This document shows positions 25,902-38,012 of a stretch of 64,000 nt of DNA, piece by piece. The notes beneath the pieces were generated by a model that made no database searches, was not told where the DNA came from, and saw only the letters and a list, made by a program, of their open reading frames with translations. Source of the stretch: Octopus sinensis (Eukaryota); assembly GCF_006345805.1 (NCBI RefSeq), contig NC_042998.1, positions 126,666,001 to 126,730,000 of the forward strand, in the 5' to 3' direction. The translations under genes were made by a program, and so were the position numbers. Numbering within the stretch: the stretch's first letter is position 1; each line of letters opens with the position of its first letter.

Positions 25902-26116
25902 TATTATTATTATTATTATAATCTTTTCTCCGAAATTTTTTGGGAGGGGGGCAGTCGATTAGATCGATTCCAGTATGCAACTGGTACTTAATTTATTGAT
26001 CCCGAAAGGATGAAAGGTGAAGTCGACCTCGGTGGTATTTGAACTCAGAACGTTGCGGTAGACGAAATATCGCTAAGCATTACACCCGGCGTGATAACGA
26101 TTTTGCCAGCTCGCCG

Positions 26117-26120
<4 letters not shown>
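25654..26120 (-). mobile_element. Two apparently identical SINE family C copies, period 267 bp
   Basis: 25654-25853 and 25921-26120 read identically by eye, including homopolymer lengths. They are separated by (AAT)n(ATT)n. Confidence 0.9.
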
Positions 26121-26167
<47 letters not shown>

Positions 26168-26179
26168 CAACAACAACAA

Positions 26180-26362
26180 TCCTTTTTACTACTGACAGCC
26201 TGATCAACCCCAGTGTTCAACTGGTACTTATTTTATCGAACCCCGTTAGGATGAAAGGCAAAGTCGACCTCGGTGGTATTTGAACTCAAAACGTAAAGAT
26301 AGACATAATGCCACTAACCATTTTGCCTGTCGTGTTAACGATCCTGTCAGCTTACTGCCCGA
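26180..26362 (-). mobile_element. Diverged SINE family C copy
   Basis: GGATGAAAGGCAAAGTCGACCTCGGTGGTATTTGAACTC core. Confidence 0.8.
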
Positions 26363-26824
26363 ATAATAATAACCATAACAGAAAAACACATACCACGTTA
26401 CTTTTCCAGCTCATCCTACGCAAATGTTTCTCATTATTATTACTAAATCCACCCTGGTAAATCTATGCAATCATCACCTGACATTTTAATACAGAACACA
26501 GTTCATTTAGGACATGCGAAATACAATCGCCGTTCAGTACAATAACTTTACTCACTTTGCGTGTATTCTAAGCAACAAACGAATGAAACTAAATTAACAC
26601 TTTAAAAAATGCAAGACGAGCATCGCAACAATGCAATACATTACAAATATAATTATACATTTCGAAAAGGATAATACTGCGCTTACTTCAAGTACGCTGT
26701 GATGAACCTGATGCGCGGTAGAAATACTTATGACTGTTAAACATACTGATGATGATAAGGATGTTGTTGATGATTTTGATGATGTTTATGAAGATGATAA
26801 CGATAACTTGTAGTAGCAACAACA

Positions 26825-26859
<35 letters not shown>

Positions 26860-26957
26860 TATAATAATAATGATGATGATGATGATGATGATAATTTCTA
26901 CCATAGGCACAACGCCTGAAATATTGAGAAAAAGGGGATAATCGGTTACGTCGATCA

Positions 26958-27299
26958 TGACTACCCGTTTGATAAGGGTACACCAGGCACAAGCATCACA
27001 ACCATATGTGCGCGACATGATGATCACATATCAACGTAAACAGTACATGACATTGCAGGTTGAGCCAGTTAGAATTTTCTTCATGTCGAGTAGCCCATCC
27101 TGCACAAAATGCCCCTGAATAAGATTATCAACTCTGAAAGGAATGAATGGCGAAGTCGATCTCGGCAGAATTTGAACTAATAATAATAATAATAATAATA
27201 GGTGTACTCTTATCAGACGGGTAGTCATGATGGGTATATTGGGCTTCGTATATTTTACCCCAGTGTCACTTTGATGGCATGAACTGCTCTCTCACTCAG
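26958..27299. mobile_element. Two oppositely oriented fragments of the 24222-25608 repeat plus SINE C pieces
   Basis: 26958-27125 is antisense to about 25380-25545. 27201-27299 is sense to about 25515-25608. A SINE C core lies at 27130-27178. Confidence 0.7.
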
Positions 27300-27316
27300 T
27301 AATAATAATAATAATA

Positions 27317-27352
<36 letters not shown>

Positions 27353-27353
27353 C

Positions 27354-27399
<46 letters not shown>

Positions 27400-27571
27400 T
27401 TAAAACTGCCATGACAAGCGCAGAAATCTCAGCTCTTCATGGATTGAAGACACACGAGATGTCGAAATATTGTTCACTATATAACAATGGCACTCTTCTT
27501 TTAATTTTGACACTAATAATAATAATAATAACAATAATAATAATAATAATAATAATAATAGCAACAACAAC

Positions 27572-27866
27572 AATGTATCTCTAAAAGAAACGGAGAAACT
27601 CAAAATACAAAGATCTGGAAATAGAGATAACCCGAATGTGGAACATAAAAACAGAAACAATCGCTTTCATAATTGGTGTATTAGCTATGATTCCAAAACA
27701 TACAGACACACGTGGGACTATGTGATAAGAAGCTTACTTCCCAACCGCATGGTTCCAGACTTAGTCCCATTGCGTGGCACCTTGAGCAAATGTCTTGTAC
27801 TATATCCTCGGTCTGACCAAAGCCTTGTGGGTGGATTTGGTAGACGGAAACTGAAAGAAACCCGTC

Positions 27867-27901
<35 letters not shown>

Positions 27902-28335
27902 TCAATGTGTATGTGTCTTTGTGTTCGTCCCATATGTACCACTAGACAACCGGTGCTGGTGTGTTTACGTCACCCGTAACTTAGCGGTTCGGTAAAAGAG
28001 ACCAATAGAATAAGTACCAGGCTTATAAAATATAAGTCCTGAGGTCGATACATTAGACTAAAAATTCTTCAAGATGGTGCTCCAACATGGCCGCAGTCTA
28101 ATGACTGAAACAAGTAAAAAGATAAAAAGAAGAGAGACAAATATATAACGAAAACACCAGGACTTACGAATGTATATAAGATACAGAAAGTAACCCTACT
28201 AGGCACTGCACAAATCCTATGTAAAGCACTTTCAATAGAGTGAAAATAGCAACAGAAAAACGACAGCGTACACCCTATGTACACAGGGCTGCTGTCGGTT
28301 GTGCAGTGAAAACACGCAATGAAAATAAGACTACT
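27572..28335 (+). mobile_element. R4/Dong-clade LINE 3' end split by a SINE B insertion
   Basis: VSLKETEKL/KYKDLEIEITRMWNIKTETIAFIIGVLAMIPKHTD | KYITKTPGLTNVYKIQKVTLLGTAQILCKALSIE*, then a 3' UTR ending ACTACTGAATAATAAT. Confidence 0.85.
27709..28134 (+). mobile_element. SINE family B copy nested in the Dong fragment
   Basis: GCGTGGCACCTTGAGCAAATGTCTT core, internal (TA)n, tail GACTGAAACAAGTAAAAAGA. AGACA occurs on both sides. Confidence 0.9.
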
Positions 28336-28545
28336 GAATAATAATTCTTTTTATTAAAGGCACAAGGCCTGAAATTTTGGGGCAGGGGACAAGTCGATTA
28401 CATCGACCCCAGTACTCAACTGGTACTTATTTCAGCGACCCCGAAAGGATGAAAGGCAAAATCGACCTCGGCGGAATTTGAACTCAGAACGCAAAGACGG
28501 AAATAACGCCCGGCGTGCTTAACGATTCTGCCAGCTCGCCGCCAT
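28336..28545 (-). mobile_element. SINE family C copy
   Basis: Near-consensus antisense core. The head ends GCCAGCTCGCCGCC. Confidence 0.9.
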
Positions 28546-29036
28546 AGACTTCTGAATAATAATAATATTAACAATAATAATAAGGGCTGCGAAAAACCGT
28601 ATATTATAAAGACAGATAAACTGTAGGGATTTACATAAACGTGTAAATAAGAAACAACGATGAACAAGAAAATTATACCATCAAAATTCCTCTATAGTTG
28701 GGAAACTCCACATAGGACTCTTCAATGATCCCCACACAAATACCGAGTCGCTCGTCTCACCAGGAGTACCATGGCAAGCGCTCCTTTTTACTCCGTAATT
28801 TTCAGCACACAGGCGCATACTTAAATTGGAAGCATTCACTCCGGCCATTTTCATTGCATTCACTGACCGTTTTACAACTTTACTGGAGGGCAACATCAGC
28901 CTTTTCAGGTGTGGGTTTGGCCGAATTATCTTTTCAACCGAGTCCGCTCTACACCTTTTTTGCTATAAGCTCTAGATAGAGAAAATTGCTTGTTCTTGCC
29001 GCTCGAAAGAAGGCAGCGGAGCTATCTTCTTGATGG

Positions 29037-29271
29037 CGGCGGGCTGGTTAAGGCGGCGAGCTGGCAGAATCGTTAGCACGCCGGGCGAAATGCGTAGCCG
29101 CATTTCATCTGCCGTTACGTTGTGAGTTCAAATTCCGCCAAGGTCGACTTTGCCTTTCATCGGTTCGGGGTCGATAAATTAAGTACCAGTTACGCACTGA
29201 GTCGATGTAATTGACTTAATCCCTTTGTCTGTCCCCTCTATGTTTAGCTCCTTGTGGGCAATAAAGAAATA
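29037..29271 (+). mobile_element. Young SINE family C (tail type 2) with 14-bp TSD
   Basis: TATCTTCTTGATGG at 29023-29036 and 29272-29285. Head AAGGCGGCGAGCTGGCAG at 29050. Tail CTTGTGGGCAATAAAGAAATA. Confidence 0.92.
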
Positions 29272-30231
29272 TATCTTCTTGATGGAAATGGCTGTCAGCC
29301 GGATCAGTCCTGCATGTGATAGCAGCTGTTCGAAATAACTCCAGAAGTTAGCGATGCACGGCAGTTTCGTTGCTCTGTGTGTATCGCGCGCAGGCACGAC
29401 TGACAGCACTATCATGCCTGTAGAGTAATTATGTTGTAATACCACCACAGATGATTAAGTTGACAAATAACATAAGGTTGCGTGATGTAAGAGTTTGATA
29501 GAATAATTTGCAGTGTTCGTTCCAGTTCTCTTTGCTCTGTGTTTAAATCTGGTGGAGATTAACTTTACTTCTTAGTCTTTCAGTATCGATAAATAAACTA
29601 TTAGCATCGGAGGCGATTCTTTTTTTCTTTTTTTTCTGTGCCACTTACGATATCAGCTGTGCTCATGCCCAGAGAGGGATGGCAACCGCAAGGTTAAAAA
29701 AAACAAATACCCAAAACACGCCGATCACAACGGCAACTCAACATCTCAATCAGAAACTGAGAGCTCAGAAAGGAAGGAACATAGTCACATCTGAAAACGG
29801 ATTGGTGCAACAACAATATAGAATATTTTCTTTTGTACAAATTTAGGTGTGAAAATCTGCAGTTGGAGGGTCATTTTTCACTCTGTTTTTCGCTAAGTTA
29901 TCAGTAACTACTTTCTTAAACATCTAAATGTTGATAGGAATTAGCAAAATTCTGAAAGTTATGAAAGTTCGTATGTAAACAGTTTAATAGTCATAGGAAA
30001 ATGTTTGTTATTAATCGCATAAAGCTGTCAGACAAACTTTGCCTCTAAAAAGCACAGGATTTAGAATTAACGAGAGCTTTTCATGTGGACTTCCATATTT
30101 TAAATTGTATGTAATTTTATATATTCATATTGAGTATTTTTTTTATCTGCTTTGAAATTGGGTTTTAGTAAATTTATTTCCATGTAAGTTTATTGGTTCG
30201 TGTGTATGTGCATGCGCGCGCGCGCGCGTGT

Positions 30232-30270
<39 letters not shown>

Positions 30271-31125
30271 TGTTTGTGTGTGTACGCGTGCCTGTGTGGG
30301 TGTTTGTGTGTTTTGTAAAGTACAGTTCAGCAACCATTCTCAGCGGATATTTACTGTAGCTCATACGATTACTAATGGAATGTGTTTCCCAAGGGGTTCA
30401 CATCTCGAAACAGCAGATTGTACATTTGTGTTAGCTGGAAAGGCCATTCAATCAATTTACATTTTGTTTTCCTCCTACTACCAAATATTTTCATCCCCCA
30501 CCGAAACCTTCTGGTCTAGCTCTTATCTACTAAACATAGAAGGACATCCAAAAGTGATTTACTTTCATTTGAAGTGTTTAAAATATATTTAAACGGATTA
30601 TCAAAACATTATTTTCCTTGGCCAAAACTATGCACTATGTTTATGTATAAATGTTAATGTCTCTATTCGAAATGCCATCTGTGAGATAAGTTTAAGACGA
30701 CAATAACAAAAATAAAACCTTTCATTTTCGTTGTCGTAATTTTATAATTAACATTTTTGTTAGCAATATATAAAAATATTTGATATTTTATTATCATATT
30801 TCTAGCAATAAATTCTTTGAAGTCGTTCAAATGTTAATTGTGTAAATTTTGTCACGACTTCTACCAACTACTTCTAGAGATTTGCTACAACGATAAGCGT
30901 TTAAACGCATTTAATTTTAAAACGTTCTTAATTTTTGTAGTTCGAAGTACTAATTATAATATTATCCTGCTTATTCCCGTGTTGCTGTCTGTTTCATCCG
31001 TATGTTACACTTACGTCAAGCGAGGTTAGAAATCGAATAGAGAAATATATATACTCAGAGTGACAGTACATATATATAATATATATATATAACAATAATA
31101 AATCTCTGAGCGAGGTATATACATA

Positions 31126-31161
<36 letters not shown>

Positions 31162-31162
31162 C

Positions 31163-31193
<31 letters not shown>

Positions 31194-31399
31194 CTTTGAT
31201 ACTTTGATGCTTTGATAGGTTTCGGCCATTATTGGCCCAGGCCATGTCTAACTTAATAGCACCACCTGGTGAAGTCTTTCAAGTCAGAATTTGGGCACTA
31301 TGGCCCACTCAAGTAGAGAGTTATTGTTTACAGAGACATATTCGGGTGTAGGGGGTTTATCCGGGATTTCTTGAAGGAAAATGTCCAAAGACTTCTTGA

Positions 31400-31438
<39 letters not shown>

Positions 31439-31812
31439 AGAAACAAAGAAAGAAATGAAACGCGAATGTGTGTTTGTGTATGTGTGTGCGCGTGCGCGTG
31501 CATTGTTTGTATGTATGTTATTGAACGTTGAAATTCGTAATCCTTCTGCTTTTAGTTAATTGTTATTTTATATAAACTTAGGGTAACCTAATACTTTTCA
31601 TGTAAGGTTACTTTCTATGCAGTAACCCTGCTGATGATCCCTCTGTATTTGCAGTCCATATGCTCCTTACTGCATAACTCATCCATCAACGTAATGTGAT
31701 GAATGAGTTATAAGATTCTTTCCGGCTCACATAATAACAACTTTGGTCTATCCGAAAGTTCGGTTTAGTCTCTTCAACATTTATCTGTATATTAATGACT
31801 TACTGATTTAGA

Positions 31813-31816
<4 letters not shown>

Positions 31817-31905
<89 letters not shown>

Positions 31906-31951
31906 CTCTCTCTCTCTCTCTCCATCCATCCATCCATCCATCTATCCATTC

Positions 31952-32010
<59 letters not shown>

Positions 32011-32025
32011 CATCTATCTATCTAT
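31817..32025. repeat. Compound (TATC)n/(TC)n/(TCCA)n microsatellite
   Basis: Direct inspection. Confidence 0.95.
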
Positions 32026-33479
32026 ACATGCACACATACATGCATTAAAACTTTCGTATCGTATCAGCGTCGATTTAACCTATAGCCGTACGTAACATAA
32101 ATCATAATGAAATGTTATTACAGAAACATCCACCTTTTTTTGATAATTTGTATAATGTACAAGAAATGGTTAAACTTGCAACTGAAAATTTCTTTCGATA
32201 ATAAATACGTACATTAATGTTAAAACGTCCATTCGTTGTTCACAGAAGCATAAAAACTTATGATTTTTCAGAAAAGGAAACAAGTTTTTGTGTTCAACAT
32301 TTTTAGCGCCGTTTTCAACACAATTTTATTAATTTCTTTTCATAGAGAATAAAGCCAACCTTTGTGAAGTAAGTATATTACTGGAATTTATTTTATGGTC
32401 ATACAAGAGACGGGTGAGAATGTAGCACCTAAGCTGACCATTAAAACAGGCTGAGTTACTTTGCACCCACTATCGTTGTTGTAAATAGGAATCATGAAGA
32501 AGTATAGTAAGAAATAGGAATTTTATTTGCTAGCTTGCTGTGTTCCTTCAAACGTCTTATAAATCGGGAGAATGTGTTCTTCCTGCTGTCTTTCTCTTCT
32601 TCACAGTTTCTCTTTCTCAGGTCTCTTTTCTCCTCTTCTGCTCTCTCCTTTTTTCTTATAGTGTTTTCTTTAAGATAATCACAGTTATCACTTTAAGAAG
32701 ATAATAGGGTGGCAAGAGAACTTCTACTCCATAAATAATAACCAAATCCCTTTGAAATCACATTCTGCATATATCTGAAAACACTGCAGAATTATATCTA
32801 CAGCGCATTTGATCATAGGTATACCGCATCAAAAGTGGCCTGGATATTAAAACCCAAACCCTCTACCAGTAATAGTAATAGCACTAACTAAAGGGGAGGC
32901 CTTTTACCTATTCCAATACTGCTATATACACTACTACTATTATGTTGTTGACTGTCTTCACCGTAATGTAAATTTTACCATCATAAAAATATAAGCAATA
33001 CTACCACCAAAACTAGTACAATTACTAGTCAATTGCCAATAACCATTTGCAAGATCACTATTTCTCTCTCTTACTCACCCAGTGTGAGTGTGTGTGTGTG
33101 TGTGTGTGTATAGGCGCAGGCGCAGCTGTGTGGTAAGTAGCTTGCTTACTGCTACCAAGTTGTCGTGTTTTTTTCGTCGCGGTGGAAGTTACGTCATACG
33201 TGAAAAATTGAACATTTGAAGCACGACCACAGGTAAAGCAGCTGTTTTTTTTTTAGCTTAGTGGGGTCTGCTGTTTGTATTTAAGTATTTATTTCGAACA
33301 GGGGTCTCCACTGGGTTCCAGGCATTTGGTTGCTTGTGGTCGTGTAAGAAGACTCATTACGTAGTGAGAATTGTGTTTATTTTGGGAGGCGTGTCACTCC
33401 GAAAATTTTTTGGAAATTTCTATGACTGTGTTTGTGCCCTTTCAAGTGGATTTTTACCATAAAGGATAGGAGTACAGCT

Positions 33480-34100
33480 AGAGTTGGACGGAATACTATT
33501 TGTGCTGCGAAGGACTACCAGTTTGGATTATCAGAGTAGCAGAATTGTGTTGTGTTGCCATTTTGGATTATCTTTCTTCGCTCTTTCTTCTCCTGTCTGT
33601 CTTTCTAATCTCTTTTGAGTTTCTTTATAGACTTTCATTTAAACATTTTGATTTTTGTTTGTGGATTTTTATTTTTGTTTTGGCTATCAACATGGCAACT
33701 GTGAAATCCGCTTAGGAGTAGCAAATTGTGGCCCCCAAAGAATGATTGTAAAATTTTACGGAGAGAACGGTGGTGTTAAGGATCTATTCCAGGGTCCTTG
33801 ACACCACGAAAGTCTTCTTTGAGGAAGAAATTGAGGAGTAGTTGGCAGACTTTCTGCCAACTGTTAGGTTTATCCGCAGGGGTGCGAAGTATGCAACTGT
33901 GTGTGTCTTTTGGCATCCTGCGGAAGATCGTGATTTTGCGAGCATGCCTTTGGAGGGGGAGAAAATTTTGTTTCTCCCTACTTATGGTGGTAGAAAGTTG
34001 ACAAGAACCTGGGTGTGTGGGCTGCCACCCGGTATAGAGGTCGAGTGGATAGAAGACACTATCCGCCGGGGCCTGGGTGGCGGCCCTGCCAAGCTCTTAA
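33480..34100 (+). mobile_element. Possible L1/Tx1-like 5' UTR and ORF1 remnant
   Basis: GC-richer block. The peptide IRRGAKYATVCVF...LPTYGGRKLTRTWVCGLPPGIEVEWI resembles RRM-like ORF1 segments. Stops lie upstream, and it is truncated at a (TA)/(TC) tract. Confidence 0.4.
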
Positions 34101-34145
34101 ATGTAATATATCTATATATCTCTCTCTCTCTCTATATATATATAT

Positions 34146-34325
34146 GGGGAGAATTCACAGAAAAAGCAAAAGAGGAAGACAGGTGGTGTAGACAACAAAC
34201 AGATGTATTAGTTTAACGCTCAGGAAGAAAAAAGTCTTTAACGTTTCGAGCCTACGCTCTTCCAAAGAAAGGAACACAGAAAGAAACAAGGAGAGAAAAT
34301 AAAGAATGTGTAGTGGCTAGCGACG
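34146..34325 (-). mobile_element. Probable Penelope-like terminal-repeat fragment with hammerhead-like motif
   Basis: Minus strand: CTTT-CTTTGGAA-GAGC GTAG GCTC-GAAACGTT-AAAG (stem II hairpin followed by GAAACGTT). The CUGANGA box is degenerate. Confidence 0.45.
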
Positions 34326-34532
34326 CCTGTGTGTGTTTGTGTGTGCGTATTTGTTCCCCCACCATCGCTTTACAACCGATGCTGGTGTGTTTACGACCAC
34401 GTAACTTAGCTGTTCGACAAAAGAGACTGATAAAATAAGTACTAGGCTTACAAAGAATAAGTCCTGAGGTTGATTTGTTCGACTAAAGGCGGAGCTCCAG
34501 CATGGCCAAAGTCAAATGACTGAAATAAAAGA
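34326..34532 (+). mobile_element. SINE family B 3' half
   Basis: ACAACCGATGCTGGTGTGTTTACG...TAAAGGCGGAGCTCCAGCATGGCC...ATGACTGAAA. Confidence 0.85.
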
Positions 34533-34553
34533 ATATATATATATATATATTTA

Positions 34554-34782
34554 CTGGTTTGGCCAAAAGTCACCTGACAGTAAATCAAACCTATTTAATT
34601 CCAAGATTTATTTCAGTTTAACAACAGAATTTACTAAAAGCATCGAAATATGAAACATCATGAAAATTGTTCCAACTGAAGACCTTCGTGAGCATCAAAA
34701 TTTTCCATTCGAGTCAATACAGAATTACAGATAGTATTTATGGAATTTTGATTTACTGTCGGATGACTTTTGGCCAACCCTG
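34554..34782. mobile_element. Tc1/mariner-type MITE
   Basis: TA at 34552-34553 and 34783-34784. About 36-bp TIRs: CTGGTTTGGCCAAAAGTCACCTGACAGTAAATCAAA versus reverse-complement CAGGGTTGGCCAAAAGTCATCCGACAGTAAATCAAA. Confidence 0.88.
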
Positions 34783-34895
34783 TATATTTTGATATTTAGC
34801 AGAAGTAAGAGACTAACTCAAGGTCCGAGATTTTCGTGTTTAGTACTTATCGAATACACCTATACACACATGCGCGCGCACGCACATGCACACAC

Positions 34896-34958
<63 letters not shown>

Positions 34959-35779
34959 ACTACCACATCTGATTTCTTTATGACGTTTCTGATGTCTTTA
35001 CACAACTACCACATCTATTTGTTCCACCATCAGAATATATCTCCAGCAACTACCACCAAAACTCCAGCTAAAACGACGAATACAACCACCACTACTAATG
35101 ATACAACCACTACCTCCGACATCACCATTTCCTCCACCATCATCACATTGCCCATCATTATCTCTATCACTACCACAAATAAAGTACAGCTCCCACCATG
35201 ACCACCACCATTACTACCTAGTTCAGCACATTCAAAAAGTACTGTCCGCTACATGTTCTACCGACTACTTGTACCTTGTAACACTGCACGTCTCGTGGTC
35301 GAGTGGTCGATGACTAAAATATTCTGTTTATTAGATGAAGGGTATGTATGGAATTCAACCCTGTCAATTGGCGAAGAACCTCTCACACATAAAATCCCAC
35401 GAAGCGCCGTATGTTATTAGTCATCAGAAACAGATAATCTGATGATGTAGCAAAATTCAAATGCCATATCAGATCGGTCTGGGACCCATTAGCTCATGAT
35501 AAATGAAGAGGGAAGATGGGGGAAGATTGATTCCTAGGCTATGGAATTTGATTAGTTGATTGATGTTATCTACTAAGACTAATGACTCTCACTTCTACAA
35601 CCACATTACTATACCATCAACTTCAGTACATACACAGTCTTAAAATGCGTTCACCAACAGCATCTACTACACCGCCACGTAACGATACTCAAAAACCGCC
35701 TCTTACCTACCCCACCACAAATTTCTACTTCATAAATACCCTCTCACTACATCAATCTCACAATTACCTAAATCGAGAA

Positions 35780-35895
35780 GTTCACCACCACCACCACCAC
35801 CACCACCATCACCACTACCACCACCACCATCACCACTACCACCACCACCACTTCCACTACCAGCAATACCACCACTATCGCTCATCACCACCAAC

Positions 35896-35926
<31 letters not shown>

Positions 35927-36030
35927 TTGCCACCACCACAACCTCCACCACCACCACCACCACCTCCACCACCACCACCACCACCACCACCACCACCACC
36001 AGGATCACAACTAGTAACACACGTACTATA
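35780..36030. repeat. Compound (CAC)n/(TAC)n trinucleotide microsatellite
   Basis: Direct inspection. It explains the poly-His/Pro/Val ORFs. Confidence 0.95.
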
Positions 36031-37328
36031 ATCACTACATCATTGAACAACTGATAACGTCGTCACCACAAATTCCATGACAGATATTAAGGGAGACATA
36101 TTCAATGTAATTAGCCATAAGTGGCTTTATTGTTGCTACTTCTGCTACAAGAGCAGCTAACACTGCTGTTGCTGCTATAAAGAGCATTATGGAATATAGA
36201 TTAGCTATTGGTTTCTTAACCCTCTTCTTACAAAACCAATTTTCGTAGGCGACAGTTTTAGAGGAAATCATTACTTCAAAACTGTTTTATCGACCCTGAT
36301 AAACCACACCTATAAGACGAAAATGAGTCAAAGAAGGAGGCCCCTCCCCAACCCGGTTGTTGCTCCAGCTGTTAGAAATATCAGTTTTTTTCTTTTCCGT
36401 GTCACATCTAATATAGCTTTAACTATGTGATTGCCTGAAAAAATACAACGGAATGGTTGCGGTTGGAAGGCTTTTGATAATAGAGCTGCTGCACGTTGGC
36501 TAATCTTGGGTTGTTATACAGCAGCAGCAGCAACAATAATAAGATTTAAAAACTAAACCTACAAGGTAAAAACTATTTTCTGAATGACATTTTCACCGGT
36601 GCCATTTTTGCCAACTCACCACTCTTAATGTTTTATGTTTAGAAAAGTGATCCTTAATCTGGACGAAAATGCTCCCTTGGGAGCCTTGTGGCTCACAAAA
36701 GGACTGCCAATGTCAAGAGGATGTTATCAGAGGGTGCGTGATTTTACTCAGAAACAGACGTTTTAAAGGTACTTTTAAAAACAAAACAAGAACAAGAACA
36801 CCAACAACAAAACAAAAGTTTTGTTTAGATTAGAATAAAACGTTGTATTCAATGAGCCTAAAATATAATTGATGATGCACGCATGTTTAACATAATTTCA
36901 AATTATAAGTCGGATCCATCTTTAGTAATTTCTATAAAAATTCAACATTTGGGTAGTAATCCAGTCAGTTATCTGAAAAGAGGAGTATGTTTGATAGGAT
37001 AATATAAGAAAATAAAGATAACAAACCGCTGCGTAAAATTAACTTGTTTCATAAAAATAACCGTTTTCATAATTTTGATATAACAGGGAAGGTCGTTTCT
37101 ATGATGCCATTCGATAAAACGAAGTACTAAGCTAGGAGTTGATATCTTCTGGTCTTGAAGTATAAGGTGTGTAAGAGTTGTGGAGCAGCTCGCAGAGAAC
37201 TTACTCTCAACAGTCGTCGCATAAAGAGAGAGGGAGAGGGAGGGGGAGAGGCGGGGAGAGAGGGGGAGAGAGAGGGGGAGAGAGCGGGAGAGAGAGGGAG
37301 AGAGAGGGAGAGAGAGGGAGAGATAGGG

Positions 37329-37381
<53 letters not shown>

Positions 37382-37779
37382 TAACAATAACCGTCTCTTA
37401 TTTTTTGTTTGGTCATTTGGTGCCAACTTATGTCTGACAAACTAGATTTGCCGGGAAATACCTGCTTTCATTGTATCACGGTGCATGTTAATTTCTAGAG
37501 ACCTTCTCACATTGAAGTTCGCTCCGTAGTCACGTCTTTCTGAGTTCGATCTGATAGCTCATCAACTTGGAAAATGTCTTGTTCCATAGTTACACGTTAA
37601 CCAATATTTGTAAGTGAATTCGACGGAAGAAAACTTACAAAAGCAATGCTTTCAGAACAAAGTTCATTGATATAATTGTTTTGCACCGGGTTAGAAATAC
37701 ACCCATTTCACTTTCTCCGTCAGAAATGCAATGACACAGTGACTAGTCTGTTGGAAACCAGTAACCGATGATGTTATTT

Positions 37780-38012
37780 AAGGCGGCGAGCTGGCAGAAA
37801 CGTTAGTGCACCGGGCGAAATGCTTAGCAGTATTTCATCTGCCGTTACGTTCTGAGTTCAAATTCCACCGAGGTCGACTTTGCCTTTCATTCTTTCGGGG
37901 TCGATAAATTAAGTACCAGTTACGCACTGGGGTCGATATAATTGACTTAATCCCTTTGTCTGTCCTCGTTTGTCCCCTCTATGTTTAGCCCCTTGTGGGC
38001 AATAAAGAAATA
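37780..38012 (+). mobile_element. Young full-length SINE family C (tail type 2) with 20-bp TSD
   Basis: AGTAACCGATGATGTTATTT at 37760-37779 and 38013-38032. A-box-like and B-box-like (GAGTTCAAATTCC) motifs. Confidence 0.95.

Noticed and set aside
28681-28896. 71-aa minus ORF, or a selenoprotein reading through TGA near 28758
   Set aside because: There is no recognisable homology or SECIS evidence. It is kept only as a possible first-exon region.
35582-36050. Poly-His/Pro and poly-Val ORFs
   Set aside because: They are translations of (CAC)n/(TAC)n microsatellite.
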